Source: Candidatus Bathyarchaeia archaeon
Lineage (GTDB): Archaea > Thermoproteota > Bathyarchaeia > Bathyarchaeales > Bathycorpusculaceae
Reading direction: 5' to 3'
Assembly: GCA_050010515.1 (NCBI GenBank)
Contig: JBEKKX010000014.1
Location: 1-61,631, forward strand
DNA: 61,631 nt
The position numbers were made by a program, and so were the translations under genes. The notes beneath the pieces are model-generated. The model worked only from the letters and a program-made list of their open reading frames with translations, had not been told where the DNA came from and ran no database searches. Positions within the stretch are counted from its first letter, which is position 1. Every line of letters begins with the position of its first letter. Positions 48,824 through 58,749 of this stretch are shown here, in pieces.

Positions 48824-49377
48824 TATTCTCTGAGCGTTGAGTAAGTTGGACCTTTAGGTGACAGCTGGCTTTTTTTAAGCCGAAGGCAGTCGGCTCTGAT
48901 TGTGCCAAACTCGTAATCGGCTTTTTTTGTTACCAGCTCAGCTAGGCGCTGCTTGTTTGCGCCGGATTTCACCCGTGCAATGGTCAAGTGTGGGTTGAAC
49001 CCGTAAGCATCAGCCTCAAATCCTAATATGCGTATCTGCGGTTCTAGCTGGCTGAAAATACTTTTGAGTTGTTCTACACCCTCGGTCAATCCAGCCCAAA
49101 CAACTCTTGGGTAATTGAGGCTGGGGAAAACTCCTAAACCCCGAAGTTGGGTGTTGAACGGAGTAAACTTGACTTTCTTCATTACTTCGTAAACTTTCTC
49201 CACCATGCCCGGGCTGATTGAGCCGAGAAAACGCATGGTTATGTGAATGTTTTGCGGCTCTACAAGTCTAAGGTCTGCGCCAGTTTCAACCAGAAGTTTC
49301 TGCACCGCCGAGAGCCTATTCAGTACCGACTCGTTTTCCATGTCGAAAGCAATGAAACTTCTTATCTGTTCAGACAT
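48799..49377 (-). CDS. thpR: RNA 2',3'-cyclic phosphodiesterase (2'-5' RNA ligase)
   Basis: RSFIA, two HxT motifs (HITMRF, HLTIAR), GPTY. Confidence 0.93.
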   Translation of the reverse strand: MSEQIRSFIAFDMENESVLNRLSAVQKLLVETGADLRLVEPQNIHITMRFLGSISPGMVEKVYEVMKKVKFTPFNTQLRGLGVFPSLNYPRVVWAGLTEGVEQLKSIFSQLEPQIRILGFEADAYGFNPHLTIARVKSGANKQRLAELVTKKADYEFGTIRADCLRLKKSQLSPKGPTYSTLREYCPAQEQK

Positions 49378-49429
49378 CGCGTGTTCCTTCAGTATTTTTA
49401 ACACTTAACCTTCATAAATGCTTTTAATG
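49328..49429 (+). repeat. Left copy of ~100-bp direct repeat (thpR promoter plus first 17 codons)
   Basis: gactcgttttccatgtcgaaagcaatgaaacttcttatctgttcagacat...ataaatgcttttaatg. Confidence 0.9.
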
Positions 49430-49916
49430 CAGCCGTTTCTGTTGGAGCTGTCACCAGTTCCGCGTACCTCCCTTTTTCTTTTTTTGTCTCAATAGCGGGG
49501 TTTTTTGATTGAATCAGAAGGAAATTAAAGCAGCGTGGTTTGCATGCGGATTTGTCCTTGCCTAATAGTTTGCGTGGCAAACATTGTCGTGGTCGTGGCT
49601 GTGGCCGAAAAATTTCCAGAAGTGCGATGTTAAAGATTGATTGATAATATAGTGTGAGGATTCAATTTTTGGCTTCATAGTTTTTATAATTCTCGATGTT
49701 CTGTATAATCCATGATCAAAATGCATGCTAATTTGGACACGGGTCTATCAATGGGTGAGGAAACTTCTCAACCAACCGTGGCCTTGGATATACCTTCCAG
49801 ACATATCCTTGAGCATAGTAGAAATGTAAGCTTGGTGTATACGGCTAATTCGCAAGGGTGGATATTGGAATTTCATACTGTGCGATTTGAATTGAAAAAA
49901 GCTGGGGGCGCCGTTT

Positions 49917-50375
49917 GTGTTATCTAATGTGCTAGTCATTGACGATGATAAGGAAACAAGAAACTTGTTTTCCACAGTCTTGACTGATGCGGGATATTTA
50001 GTTGAGGTTGCAGAAAACGGTAAACAAGCTATTAAAATATGTAAAAAAGGGTCCTTTGATGTTGCCCTTATCGATATTGAGCTACCTGACATTAAAGGAA
50101 TTGACCTTCTCAAAATATTAAGACAGATTCAGCCCAAAATGGTTAAGATAATCATTACAGGTCATCCCTCAATTGAAAATGCAATAAAGTCGGTGAACGA
50201 GAAGGCTGACGGATACCTATTGAAGCCTGTAAAAATAGCGGAAATGCTGGAAATGATAAAAAAAATCCTTACGGAGAAGACAAACGAGTATTTCCAGATG
50301 ATTAAAACTGTTGAGGAAGCCAAAGAATCAACGCCCGTCTTCAAGTATCAAAACCCAGAGGGATGGCGAGGATAG
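49917..50375 (+). CDS. Response regulator (REC domain)
   Basis: VIDDD, LIDIELPD, ITG, KP. Confidence 0.92.
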   Translation: MLSNVLVIDDDKETRNLFSTVLTDAGYLVEVAENGKQAIKICKKGSFDVALIDIELPDIKGIDLLKILRQIQPKMVKIIITGHPSIENAIKSVNEKADGYLLKPVKIAEMLEMIKKILTEKTNEYFQMIKTVEEAKESTPVFKYQNPEGWRG

Positions 50376-50440
50376 AAGTAGGCTACAATAGTGCATACGG
50401 GAGAGAAAGAAGAAATCCTATTAAAGTTAAATTAGGCATA

Positions 50441-50890
50441 TTATTTTTTAAGATTGGCATTTGCCATCCAGCTGTATCTTAGCTCAATGTATTCAGCTAC
50501 TTTTTTCTCATCAAATTGTATTTTCTTTTGCTGTTCTTTCAACTTACTCTCTATTAGACTTGTTAGTTTTCTAGGGTCAAATGGTTTCACAATATAACCA
50601 TCTATTCCTTTATTTGTCGCTTCAATAGAATTATCTAAAGTAGCGTTCCCAGTTATGATTATCTTTATCATCTCAGGCTCTGATTCTCTAAGTTTGCTTA
50701 GCAGGTCTGTTCCTTTCATATCGGGTAAATTAATATCTATAAAGGCTAAATTGAAGAGCTGTTTAAAACTTTCATCAACAGCTTCCTTGCCCGTCCCAAC
50801 GCATGTAACTGAGTATCCTTTATCGGTCAGGATTTCAATCAACATTTCTTGCATTTTTTGGTCATCGTCTACCACTAGAATATTTTCCAA
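50441..50890 (-). CDS. Response regulator (REC domain)
   Basis: VVDDD, FIDINLPD, ITG, KP. Confidence 0.92.
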   Translation of the reverse strand: MENILVVDDDQKMQEMLIEILTDKGYSVTCVGTGKEAVDESFKQLFNLAFIDINLPDMKGTDLLSKLRESEPEMIKIIITGNATLDNSIEATNKGIDGYIVKPFDPRKLTSLIESKLKEQQKKIQFDEKKVAEYIELRYSWMANANLKK

Positions 50891-51055
50891 TATCAGGCAC
50901 CTTTAGGTTAAGTTAAGTGATATTATTTTTATTTCTTGTTAATCACTAATCTATTTCATACCTAATTATTCCTAAGCTTGAGTATCAATTCGTAAACCAT
51001 TTTATAGACGAAATCGTAGGCTTGGATTGCAAGTTACTGCTAAATTGGCGAGATA

Positions 51056-52945
51056 ATGGTTAAAACTGCTTTAAGAGAGCCTGAAATCGCATTGATTTCT
51101 TACAATCCTATCTCGGTATTGCATGTTGATGATGATGTCGCTTTCTTAAGTATGGCAAAACAATGCTTAGAGATGCAAGCTCATATTGAAGTTGAATCAG
51201 TTCAGTCAGTTCAAGAAGCACTTGAAATGCTAAAGATCAAGAAATTTGATGTTATAGTTTCAGATTATCAGATGAAGGGGAAAAATGGTTTAGAATTTTT
51301 GAACGAGATAAAAACTACTGGAATTACGACGCCTTTCATATTATTTTCGGGTAAGGGACGAGATGAGGTTGCGATAAAAGCGTTAAATTCCGGCGCATTC
51401 AGGTATATAGATAAACGTGGCGCCCTAGATGCAACCTATGCTGAATTGGCTTCATGCATTCTTCAAGCGACACAGTATACTAGAGCTCAAGCGATGCTTA
51501 AGGAAAGCGAAAAGCGATTTAGGGCAATTTTTTATTCTTCTATCGATGCGATCTTAATTCTTAACGATGGTGGGGAAATTGTTTTTAGTAATAAATCAGC
51601 AAAAGATATGTTAGATTATGCTAAGGATCAAATTACGAAGGCATTAAACGAGCATTTTAACAAACAATTCACATCAACCTATGAACAAAATATGCATGAA
51701 GGCTTTAAGCAATTATCAGATGGTAACTTGTTAATGACTGGGAAGACCGTTGAGCTCGCCCTCAAGAATACTTCGGGCAAAACAACAATAGTTGAACTTT
51801 CATTTTCTGCTTTCATTGAGAATGGTCAATGGTTTGGGGTAAGCATTGTTCGAGATGTTAGTGAACGCAAAAGGCAAGAACAACTATTAGCGGAAAGCCA
51901 GCAGAGGTTGAAGGCGCTTTTTGCTTATAATCCAGAAGCCATTGTTTTCATGGATAAGAATTTCCGTGTGACTGATGTCAACCGTAGCTTCACAGAGCTT
52001 TTTAAATTTACTTTTGAAAATATCAAGGGCCAGAAAATTATGGATGTTATTGTTCCTGATGGGCTTGAAGAAGAGTCAAGAATTATCGAGGGGCTGATTG
52101 CGAAAGGGCCGGTAACCTTTAGAACAAAACGAAAAAGACGAGATGGTTCTATTATTGATGTTAGCTTATCGGGAGGGCCGTTAGCAGTAAAAGGTAAAAT
52201 AGTTGGATTTTTTATGGTTTTTCTAGATATTTCTAACTTAATTATAGTTCAGAATGTTTTAGCTAGTGCTCTTTCAACTGCAGAATTATTAAATGAAAAG
52301 ATTATGGTGTTAGGTGGTTTTACCAGGCATGATGTTAGAAACAAACTTGGTTTAATTGCGGGTAACTTGTATTTGGCTAGGAAAAAATGTAAAATTGAGC
52401 CTAACTTAGAGAAGTATCTTAGCAAGATTGATGATTCCATTAAAAATATTTGTGATATTTTTGATTTTGCGAAAACTTATGAAATGATAGGCGTTGAAGA
52501 ATTAGTTACTGTGGATATAGGTAAAATGGTTCAAAATGCGCTTTCTCTCTTCGCGGATCTTAAAGGTGTAAAAGTTGAAAATAAATGCGCAGGGTTTGAA
52601 GTTATCGCGGATTCTTTACTTACACAAGTATTCTACAATCTTATTGACAACTCATTGAAATATGGCGAAAAAACAAGCACTATCAGTATATTTGCACAAA
52701 AGCTTAGTGAAGGCTCAGTTAAATTATGTTTTAAAGATGACGGCGTTGGCTTAGATAAGAATCTTAGGGGACATTTATTCGAAAGGGGCTTTGGAAAAGG
52801 CACCGGATTTGGGTTGTACTTGATACGCAAAATATGTGAAGTTTACGGTTGGACGGTGAAAGAGAATGGCCAACCAGGTCAAGGAGTTCAATTTGAATTT
52901 ATGATCCCCGTTGAAAAGGTTAAAAGGTTTATGGAAAATAGCTAA
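51056..52945 (+). CDS. Hybrid sensor histidine kinase REC-PAS-PAS-HisKA-HATPase
   Basis: HVDDD/SDYQM REC, two PAS domains, RHDVRN H-box, NLIDNS, DDGVG, GTGFGL. Confidence 0.92.
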   Translation: MVKTALREPEIALISYNPISVLHVDDDVAFLSMAKQCLEMQAHIEVESVQSVQEALEMLKIKKFDVIVSDYQMKGKNGLEFLNEIKTTGITTPFILFSGKGRDEVAIKALNSGAFRYIDKRGALDATYAELASCILQATQYTRAQAMLKESEKRFRAIFYSSIDAILILNDGGEIVFSNKSAKDMLDYAKDQITKALNEHFNKQFTSTYEQNMHEGFKQLSDGNLLMTGKTVELALKNTSGKTTIVELSFSAFIENGQWFGVSIVRDVSERKRQEQLLAESQQRLKALFAYNPEAIVFMDKNFRVTDVNRSFTELFKFTFENIKGQKIMDVIVPDGLEEESRIIEGLIAKGPVTFRTKRKRRDGSIIDVSLSGGPLAVKGKIVGFFMVFLDISNLIIVQNVLASALSTAELLNEKIMVLGGFTRHDVRNKLGLIAGNLYLARKKCKIEPNLEKYLSKIDDSIKNICDIFDFAKTYEMIGVEELVTVDIGKMVQNALSLFADLKGVKVENKCAGFEVIADSLLTQVFYNLIDNSLKYGEKTSTISIFAQKLSEGSVKLCFKDDGVGLDKNLRGHLFERGFGKGTGFGLYLIRKICEVYGWTVKENGQPGQGVQFEFMIPVEKVKRFMENS

Positions 52946-53060
52946 TCTTTTGAGATAGCGCATTTATAAAAAACCTAGCAGAATACCTGCCGCGGCAGCG
53001 CGCTGGCTTGCCCTAAATTTTTATAGCACGTGCTTGGAAGCTTGACGATAAAGCCTATAT

Positions 53061-54527
53061 ATGACAACTTTCTCACCCCAAAGTATGGGCATTAAAAAGG
53101 CAGCCTTCATCGTCATAATTCTACTGGCATCAATGTTCGCTTTTTCAGTGGCAGGTAGCCCAGTGCGTGCTATCGGAGTCACAGGAACTATAACCCTTGG
53201 AGGCTACGGACCAGTTTATGATTCGGGCAAAGGCGAGATATTCTTAAACTCTGGCGACCAAACTGTTGTTATATCTGACAGCACTAACAAGGTAGTTACA
53301 ACTATTAACACCGGTAGCGAAATCTCTTGCGGCATGGCGTACGATTCGGGCAAGAATGAACTATTTCAGAGTGTCTTCTCTTCCGTTGTCAACGTTATTT
53401 CAGACAGCACGAACGAAGTGGTTGCAACCATACCTATGGGATGGTCTCCAGGCGCAGTGGCTTACGACTCCGGAAAGAACGAGGTATTCGTGGGCTGTGA
53501 AAACTATCAACCAAATAACATAACTTACTCCGTTTGGGTTATATCGGACATAAACAACACCGTAGTTGCAAAAATACCTGTATCGTACTGTCCCTCCGAC
53601 TTAATCTACGATTCGGGTAAGGGCGAAATATTCATAGCAGACAACACTGGGCTCCCTAATAGCGACTCAGTTACAGTCATATCAGACAGCAATAATACGG
53701 TAGTCGCAAACATAATCGTGGGCACTGACCCGTATAACCTTGCGTATGATTCAGGCAAAGGCGAAGTATTCGTCACAGACTTCAACGATAACACAGTTGC
53801 GGTAATATCAGACGCAACAGACTCGGTAGTGGCATATGTGACCGTGGGATACTACGCCACGGCCATAGCTTATGACTCCGAGAAGGGCGAAATCTACGTT
53901 GGCGTGAGCAACTACACCACTGCCGACGGTTACGTGTCAGTTATATCGGACACCAACAACACCGTAATCGCGACAATACCTCACATACCAAACCCAGGCA
54001 CCATAGCCTATGACTCTGGCAAAAGCGAACTCTTCGTAACATTATCGCTCAGCGGCAAAATAGCTATCATATCGGACTGCCCCAACTTGACATCACCCAC
54101 GATCTCCGCCGCCTCCACAAGTATACTGCAGGGACAAACCTCAGTCCTAACACTTGCCCCGTTGACAACCGGCACCTCGCCGTACACCTACCAATGGTTT
54201 GCTGAAGCCCCCAACGCAACTGCTTACACAACTATTGACAACGCAACCCTGCCCAGCTACAACTTCACAACCACCACCGCAACAGCGGCTGGCAACTGGA
54301 CCTTTATGCTGCAGGTAACTGACGCCACTGGGGCAGTTGTGAATTCCACAGCAACCCAGATAGTTGTTGATGCACCGACTCCGCCTTCAGCCATAAACGT
54401 TAGCGGGTTAGGTGCAAAAGATTTGACAGCCGCCGCTGTGGCGATAATCCTTGCAGCCGTTGTTACTGCGGTGCTATTGTTAAGGAAGAAGGGAACAAAA
54501 AAGCGAATAAAAGAGAATCAAACATAA
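53061..54527 (+). CDS. YncE/YVTN beta-propeller surface protein with Ig/PKD-like domain and C-terminal anchor
   Basis: Signal peptide, about 7 repeats of YDSGKGEIFV...VISDxxNxVVA, GTSPYTYQW domain, TM plus basic tail. Confidence 0.88.
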   Translation: MTTFSPQSMGIKKAAFIVIILLASMFAFSVAGSPVRAIGVTGTITLGGYGPVYDSGKGEIFLNSGDQTVVISDSTNKVVTTINTGSEISCGMAYDSGKNELFQSVFSSVVNVISDSTNEVVATIPMGWSPGAVAYDSGKNEVFVGCENYQPNNITYSVWVISDINNTVVAKIPVSYCPSDLIYDSGKGEIFIADNTGLPNSDSVTVISDSNNTVVANIIVGTDPYNLAYDSGKGEVFVTDFNDNTVAVISDATDSVVAYVTVGYYATAIAYDSEKGEIYVGVSNYTTADGYVSVISDTNNTVIATIPHIPNPGTIAYDSGKSELFVTLSLSGKIAIISDCPNLTSPTISAASTSILQGQTSVLTLAPLTTGTSPYTYQWFAEAPNATAYTTIDNATLPSYNFTTTTATAAGNWTFMLQVTDATGAVVNSTATQIVVDAPTPPSAINVSGLGAKDLTAAAVAIILAAVVTAVLLLRKKGTKKRIKENQT

Positions 54528-54554
54528 AACAACTTGAACCAAGCAAACATCGGT

Positions 54555-54790
54555 TTATGGCTTTTTAAGTTCTTTTGTCAGCCGCATCATTTCTCTTAGG
54601 CTGCGGATGCTTTCATGCGCATAACGATGAATGCCCTGAAGACGCCTAGAGGGTTTCTGGGTGGTCTTCCAAGACAATTAGCGTGGAAGCAACTGAGCAC
54701 GATGTTTTTGGCAAAGCTTAAGTCTACGTTTCTGAAGAGGATTTCTAGGGTCTCGCGTTCATCTTGTCCCGCTAGGACTCACCTCCTAAG
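54555..54790 (-). pseudogene. Transposase N-terminal remnant (IS5/IS1182-like DUF772 region), frameshifted
   Basis: SD GGAGGTGA; LEILFRNVDLSFAK...GRPPRNPLGVFRAFIVMRMK // IRSLREMMRL, then truncated. Confidence 0.65.
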
Positions 54791-54863
54791 CTTGGACGTA
54801 ACTTATTTGATTCGAGGCCCTCTTTCAAAATAAGCTTTTAATTTAGGGACGAGCCAGCACGCT

Positions 54864-54967
54864 GACTCGTTTTCCATGTCAGAGGCAATGAAACTTCTTA
54901 TCTGTTCTGACATCCGTGTCCCTTCAAGGTATTTTTAACACATAACTTTCATAAATGCTTTTTAATG
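54864..54967 (+). repeat. Right copy of ~100-bp direct repeat (orphan thpR 5' fragment)
   Basis: gactcgttttccatgtcagaggcaatgaaacttcttatctgttctgacat...ataaatgctttttaatg; encodes MSEQIRSFIASDMENES on the minus strand. Confidence 0.9.
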
Positions 54968-55004
54968 GAAACGCTTGCTAATATGAACTAAAAAAGGGTA
55001 AGTT

Positions 55005-55571
55005 ATGTACGCTGACAAGATAGTTGTTGGTTTAGCAGGAATGCCTGGGTCAGGCAAATCCTTGGTTGTTGAAACCGCCCGCGAACTAGGCTACGCCATA
55101 GTGGTTATGGGCGACGTAATTAGAGAAGAAACAGTAAAGCGTGGCTTGGACTTAACTCCTCACAATGTAGGGAAAGTTATGCTTCAATTACGGGCAGACG
55201 GCGGAGTCACTGTGGTCGCTCAGAAATGCATTCCCAAAATAGAGGAACAAGCAAGCACTAAAGTTCTCGTTGACGGTTTAAGAAGCCTATACGAAGTTGA
55301 AGCTTTCAAAGCGCATTTTGCCAAGTTCAGCCTTGTCGCTGTGCATGCTTCTCCTGAAACAAGGTTTAGCCGCCTTTTCAATCGCCGCCGAAGCGATGAC
55401 CCAAGCGGATGGGAAGTTTTTCGTGACCGGGATATGCGGGAGCTTAGCGTTGGCGTGGGAAATGTTATAGCAATGGCTGAGCAGATGATAGTTAACGATA
55501 ATAGTGTTGAGGAGATTAAGCCTAAAGTTGCGGAGACTTTGCGGAGGATTGAGGAAAAATGGCTGAAGTAA
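55005..55571 (+). CDS. P-loop nucleotide kinase-like protein (archaeal dephospho-CoA kinase-like, COG0237)
   Basis: GMPGSGKS, MGDVIR, DGLRS, RSDD. Confidence 0.82.
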   Translation: MYADKIVVGLAGMPGSGKSLVVETARELGYAIVVMGDVIREETVKRGLDLTPHNVGKVMLQLRADGGVTVVAQKCIPKIEEQASTKVLVDGLRSLYEVEAFKAHFAKFSLVAVHASPETRFSRLFNRRRSDDPSGWEVFRDRDMRELSVGVGNVIAMAEQMIVNDNSVEEIKPKVAETLRRIEEKWLK

Positions 55572-55960
55572 CTGTTCACGTTGAAGCAGAAATTAACCCA
55601 ACCGAAAGCGAAGATAAGGTAAAAACGGCTGTAACTAACGTTTTAGGCAACGCTTCCATAACAATCAAGCCTTCAGGCAAAGCAAGCACCTTAACGGCGG
55701 AAGCCAAAGGGCAGGATTCTCTTGTTAAACTACGCAATATACTGCGCACTGACAGGATTCGTGATGCCGCCAGAAAAGCGCTCTTTCACAGCATAAGAGG
55801 GAACACTATTAGTTTTTGCTTAAACAAGCAAGTAGCGTTTGCAGGGCACATCTCTTTTTCTGAAGAAACAGCGGAATCACCCTTAGGCCCCATACGAGTA
55901 ACAATTGAAACTGATAATCCAAGGCAACTCATTGAGTGGCTTGCCGAAAAAACCGCATAG
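55559..55960 (+). CDS. UPF0201/DUF54 putative RNA-binding protein
   Basis: INPTESEDKV, IRDAAR, LNKQVA, PLGPI. Confidence 0.85.
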   Translation: MAEVTVHVEAEINPTESEDKVKTAVTNVLGNASITIKPSGKASTLTAEAKGQDSLVKLRNILRTDRIRDAARKALFHSIRGNTISFCLNKQVAFAGHISFSEETAESPLGPIRVTIETDNPRQLIEWLAEKTA

Positions 55961-55977
55961 ACGAGAAGGACTAAAAC

Positions 55978-56997
55978 TTGTCTGCAAGGGCTCAGGTAAC
56001 GAAAAACGGCGCAGTTCTGTTAGGTGACAGCGTTGCCTGCGACGCTTTTGACGAGTCAAGGCCCTTGCGGATTGTAACTCATGCGCACGCAGACCATCTT
56101 GGCGGTTTACGAAAAAGCTTGAAGTGCTGCGAAAAAGTTTTGATGACTAAGGCCACCAGAGACCTTGCGGAGGCACTTGACGACTCGTTGAAACTTCGAG
56201 ACGCGGTAATCGAGACGTTGGAGTACGGGAAAACCGTCAGGTATGGTGAAGAGCAGATTACGCTTGTTAAGGCAGACCATATTTTGGGTGCAGCGCAAGT
56301 GCTGGTTGAGGATGCTGGCGGAATACGGGTTGCTTACTCTGGCGACTTCAGGATTGATGACACACCCGTTGTTGAATGTGATGTTTTGGTTGTTGAGGCA
56401 ACTTATGGGAGTCCATCATGCAGGCGCTCTTTTGATGTGGATGTACGTGAACTTTTAGTTACAATGATTGAAAAACGCTTGCGCGGCGGCGCTGTCTACG
56501 TTTTCGGATATCATGGCAAACTGCAAGAAATCATGCAGCTACTAAGAAACGCTGACGTATCAGTGCCGTTTGTCATGCCACAGCGGGTTTATGAGGTTAC
56601 GAAAGTTTGCGAGCAACACGGTATGCAGCTGGGTTGCTTGTCGCTTTCTACAGATATGGATGGGCGTGAACTTTTAGGTGGGAACCTTCCATGCGTCGCC
56701 TTTTATCACATGAATTCTCGCGGGTACGTGGGCTTGAATAATGCGCGTATCTGTGTTAGCGGTTGGGAATTCAATTCCCCCTGCAGGCAGATTGGCGATA
56801 GGGAATATTTGGTTGCGTTAAGTGACCATTCAGATTTTGACGGTTTAATAGAGTATGTTAAGCGTTCAAGAGCAAAAAAAGTTATCACAGACAATTATCG
56901 GGTGAGTCACGGCGCAGTTTTGGCTAAGGAAATCCGCAAGCGCTTAGGCGTTTCCGCAGTGGCAATGCCGAGAACTCCTGGGCAAACTACGCTGTAG
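55978..56997 (+). CDS. Metallo-beta-lactamase/beta-CASP-type nuclease
   Basis: THAHADH, HILG, YSGDF, EATYG, SDHSD. Confidence 0.85.
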   Translation: MSARAQVTKNGAVLLGDSVACDAFDESRPLRIVTHAHADHLGGLRKSLKCCEKVLMTKATRDLAEALDDSLKLRDAVIETLEYGKTVRYGEEQITLVKADHILGAAQVLVEDAGGIRVAYSGDFRIDDTPVVECDVLVVEATYGSPSCRRSFDVDVRELLVTMIEKRLRGGAVYVFGYHGKLQEIMQLLRNADVSVPFVMPQRVYEVTKVCEQHGMQLGCLSLSTDMDGRELLGGNLPCVAFYHMNSRGYVGLNNARICVSGWEFNSPCRQIGDREYLVALSDHSDFDGLIEYVKRSRAKKVITDNYRVSHGAVLAKEIRKRLGVSAVAMPRTPGQTTL

Positions 56998-57075
56998 CAT
57001 CAGGTTTTGGGTAAAGAAAGTTAAAGCTTAAAAGCGGAAAAATAAACTACAGTCAACTTACATGAGAGCAAAGGA

Positions 57076-58356
57076 ATGAGGAGAATGAGCAAATCATCTG
57101 TTATTTCAGGCTTCTATAAGCTTTCGCCGAAAGAGCGTTTAGCAATCGTTAAAGATTTTGCTGGCTTAACCGATGAGGAAGTCCGTTTACTTGAGGACAC
57201 TGGGTCTTTGCCCATTGATTTGGTTGACCACATGGTGGAAAACGTTATCGGCGTTTTTCCTGAACCCTTAGGCGTCGCAGTTAACTTTCAAATTAACGGT
57301 AAAGACTATTTGATTCCGATGGCTACTGAAGAGCCAAGCGTGATTGCCGCTGCCAGCTACGCGGCTAAAATGGTTCGCGACGGCGGAGGATTCCACACTA
57401 GCAGTACAGCGCCAATTATGATTGGGCAAATCCAAGTTGTCGGCATCAAGGACGCTAAAGCGGCTAAAAAGCAAGTCATAGATGCTAAAGCTGATGTTCT
57501 CAAGAAGGCAAATGACCAAGACCCAGTTTTGAACTCTTTCGGCGGCGGAGCAAAAGACCTGGACGCTAAAATCATCGACACCTCCATGGGGCAGATGTTG
57601 ATTGTAGAGTTGTACGTTGATTGCCGAGATGCCATGGGCGCAAACGCTGTTAACACTATGGCTGAAGCAGTGGCGCCGCTACTTGAGCAGCTTACGGGCG
57701 GTCACGTTTATTTGCGTATCATCTCCAACTTAGCCACTAAACGATTAGCGAAAGCATGGTGCACCGTGCCCAAGGAATCACTGGGCGGAGAAGCAGCCGT
57801 GGACGGCATCGCTTACGCCTCGGCTTTTGCAGAAGCTGACCCTTACCGCGCAGCAACACATAACAAAGGCGCCATGAACGGCATAATAGCTGTGGTTCTT
57901 GCAACTGGAAATGACCACCGCGCAATTGAGGCTGGCGCTCACGCTTATGCCGCGTTAAAAGGATCATACACCAGCATATCAAAATGGACAAAAAACAGAA
58001 ACGGCGACTTGGAAGGCGTAATTGAGCTGCCGATGGCTGTAGGCTTAATCGGCGGAGCAGTAAAAACCCATCCGATAGCAAGAATAGCCATGAAAATCTT
58101 AGGCGTCAAATCAGCCAACGAGTTCGCTGAAGTCTTAGCCGCTGTCGGCTTAGCCCAAAATCTAGGCGCCTTGCGAGCGCTGGCGAATGAGGGGATTCAG
58201 CGTGGTCACATGTCTTTGCACGCAAGAAACATAGCAATTACCGCAGGCGCAAAGGATGAACTGGTTGATTTGGTTGCTGAACGGATGGTTAAGGAGCGAA
58301 AAGTGCGGGTGGACCGAGCAAAAGAGATTCTTGAAGAATTAACCAAAAAGCAATAA
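57076..58356 (+). CDS. mvaA: Class II hydroxymethylglutaryl-CoA reductase
   Basis: ENVIG, PMATEEPS, DAMGAN, THNKG, GIQRGHM. Confidence 0.95.
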   Translation: MRRMSKSSVISGFYKLSPKERLAIVKDFAGLTDEEVRLLEDTGSLPIDLVDHMVENVIGVFPEPLGVAVNFQINGKDYLIPMATEEPSVIAAASYAAKMVRDGGGFHTSSTAPIMIGQIQVVGIKDAKAAKKQVIDAKADVLKKANDQDPVLNSFGGGAKDLDAKIIDTSMGQMLIVELYVDCRDAMGANAVNTMAEAVAPLLEQLTGGHVYLRIISNLATKRLAKAWCTVPKESLGGEAAVDGIAYASAFAEADPYRAATHNKGAMNGIIAVVLATGNDHRAIEAGAHAYAALKGSYTSISKWTKNRNGDLEGVIELPMAVGLIGGAVKTHPIARIAMKILGVKSANEFAEVLAAVGLAQNLGALRALANEGIQRGHMSLHARNIAITAGAKDELVDLVAERMVKERKVRVDRAKEILEELTKKQ

Positions 58357-58361
58357 TTTTT

Positions 58362-58438
58362 TTTCTGATTTCTGCGGGTTTGCCGCCGCAGAGCAGTACT
58401 GAGATCCAAACGTTTGTGTCAAGAACTGCTTTTGGCTC
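58362..58438 (-). pseudogene. vapC: Truncated PIN toxin remnant
   Basis: PKAVLDTNVWISVLLCGGKPAEI overlaps the AbrB stop; no start codon; similarity ends at the mvaA 3' end. Confidence 0.7.
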
Positions 58439-58679
58439 TTGCTTGGTCGATGAGGGCGTTTATGTCTTTCTCCGAAAGACCCATCTGCCTAACTTTTGCC
58501 CATACTGGCTTCATTGTTTCTTCAAAGGATTTATCAATTATTTTTTTAAGAACAACCATGTCATCAATGGCTATTGCTAGGAGTTTCTCGCCTTTCTTGA
58601 GGTTAGCTGCTTTGCGAACGTTTGCTGGGATAACCACTTGCCCTTTAGAGGAAACTTTAGTTGTGGACGCCTCCACCAT
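58419..58679 (-). CDS. AbrB/MazE-family antitoxin/regulator
   Basis: TKVSSKGQVVIPANVRK. Confidence 0.88.
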   Translation of the reverse strand: MVEASTTKVSSKGQVVIPANVRKAANLKKGEKLLAIAIDDMVVLKKIIDKSFEETMKPVWAKVRQMGLSEKDINALIDQARAKSSS

Positions 58680-58749
58680 GCTTTCGCCATTTAATGGTAA
58701 GAATATTCTTACTTATGATTGTATTGTGATTCTTATTATTTACTTAAAA

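Larger units (their letters stand above)
49430..54863. mobile_element. ~5.4-kb accessory island inserted at the thpR 5' end
   Basis: Bounded by the ~100-bp direct repeat; separates thpR from the divergent kinase operon; AT-rich two-component genes; IS remnant. Confidence 0.7.
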
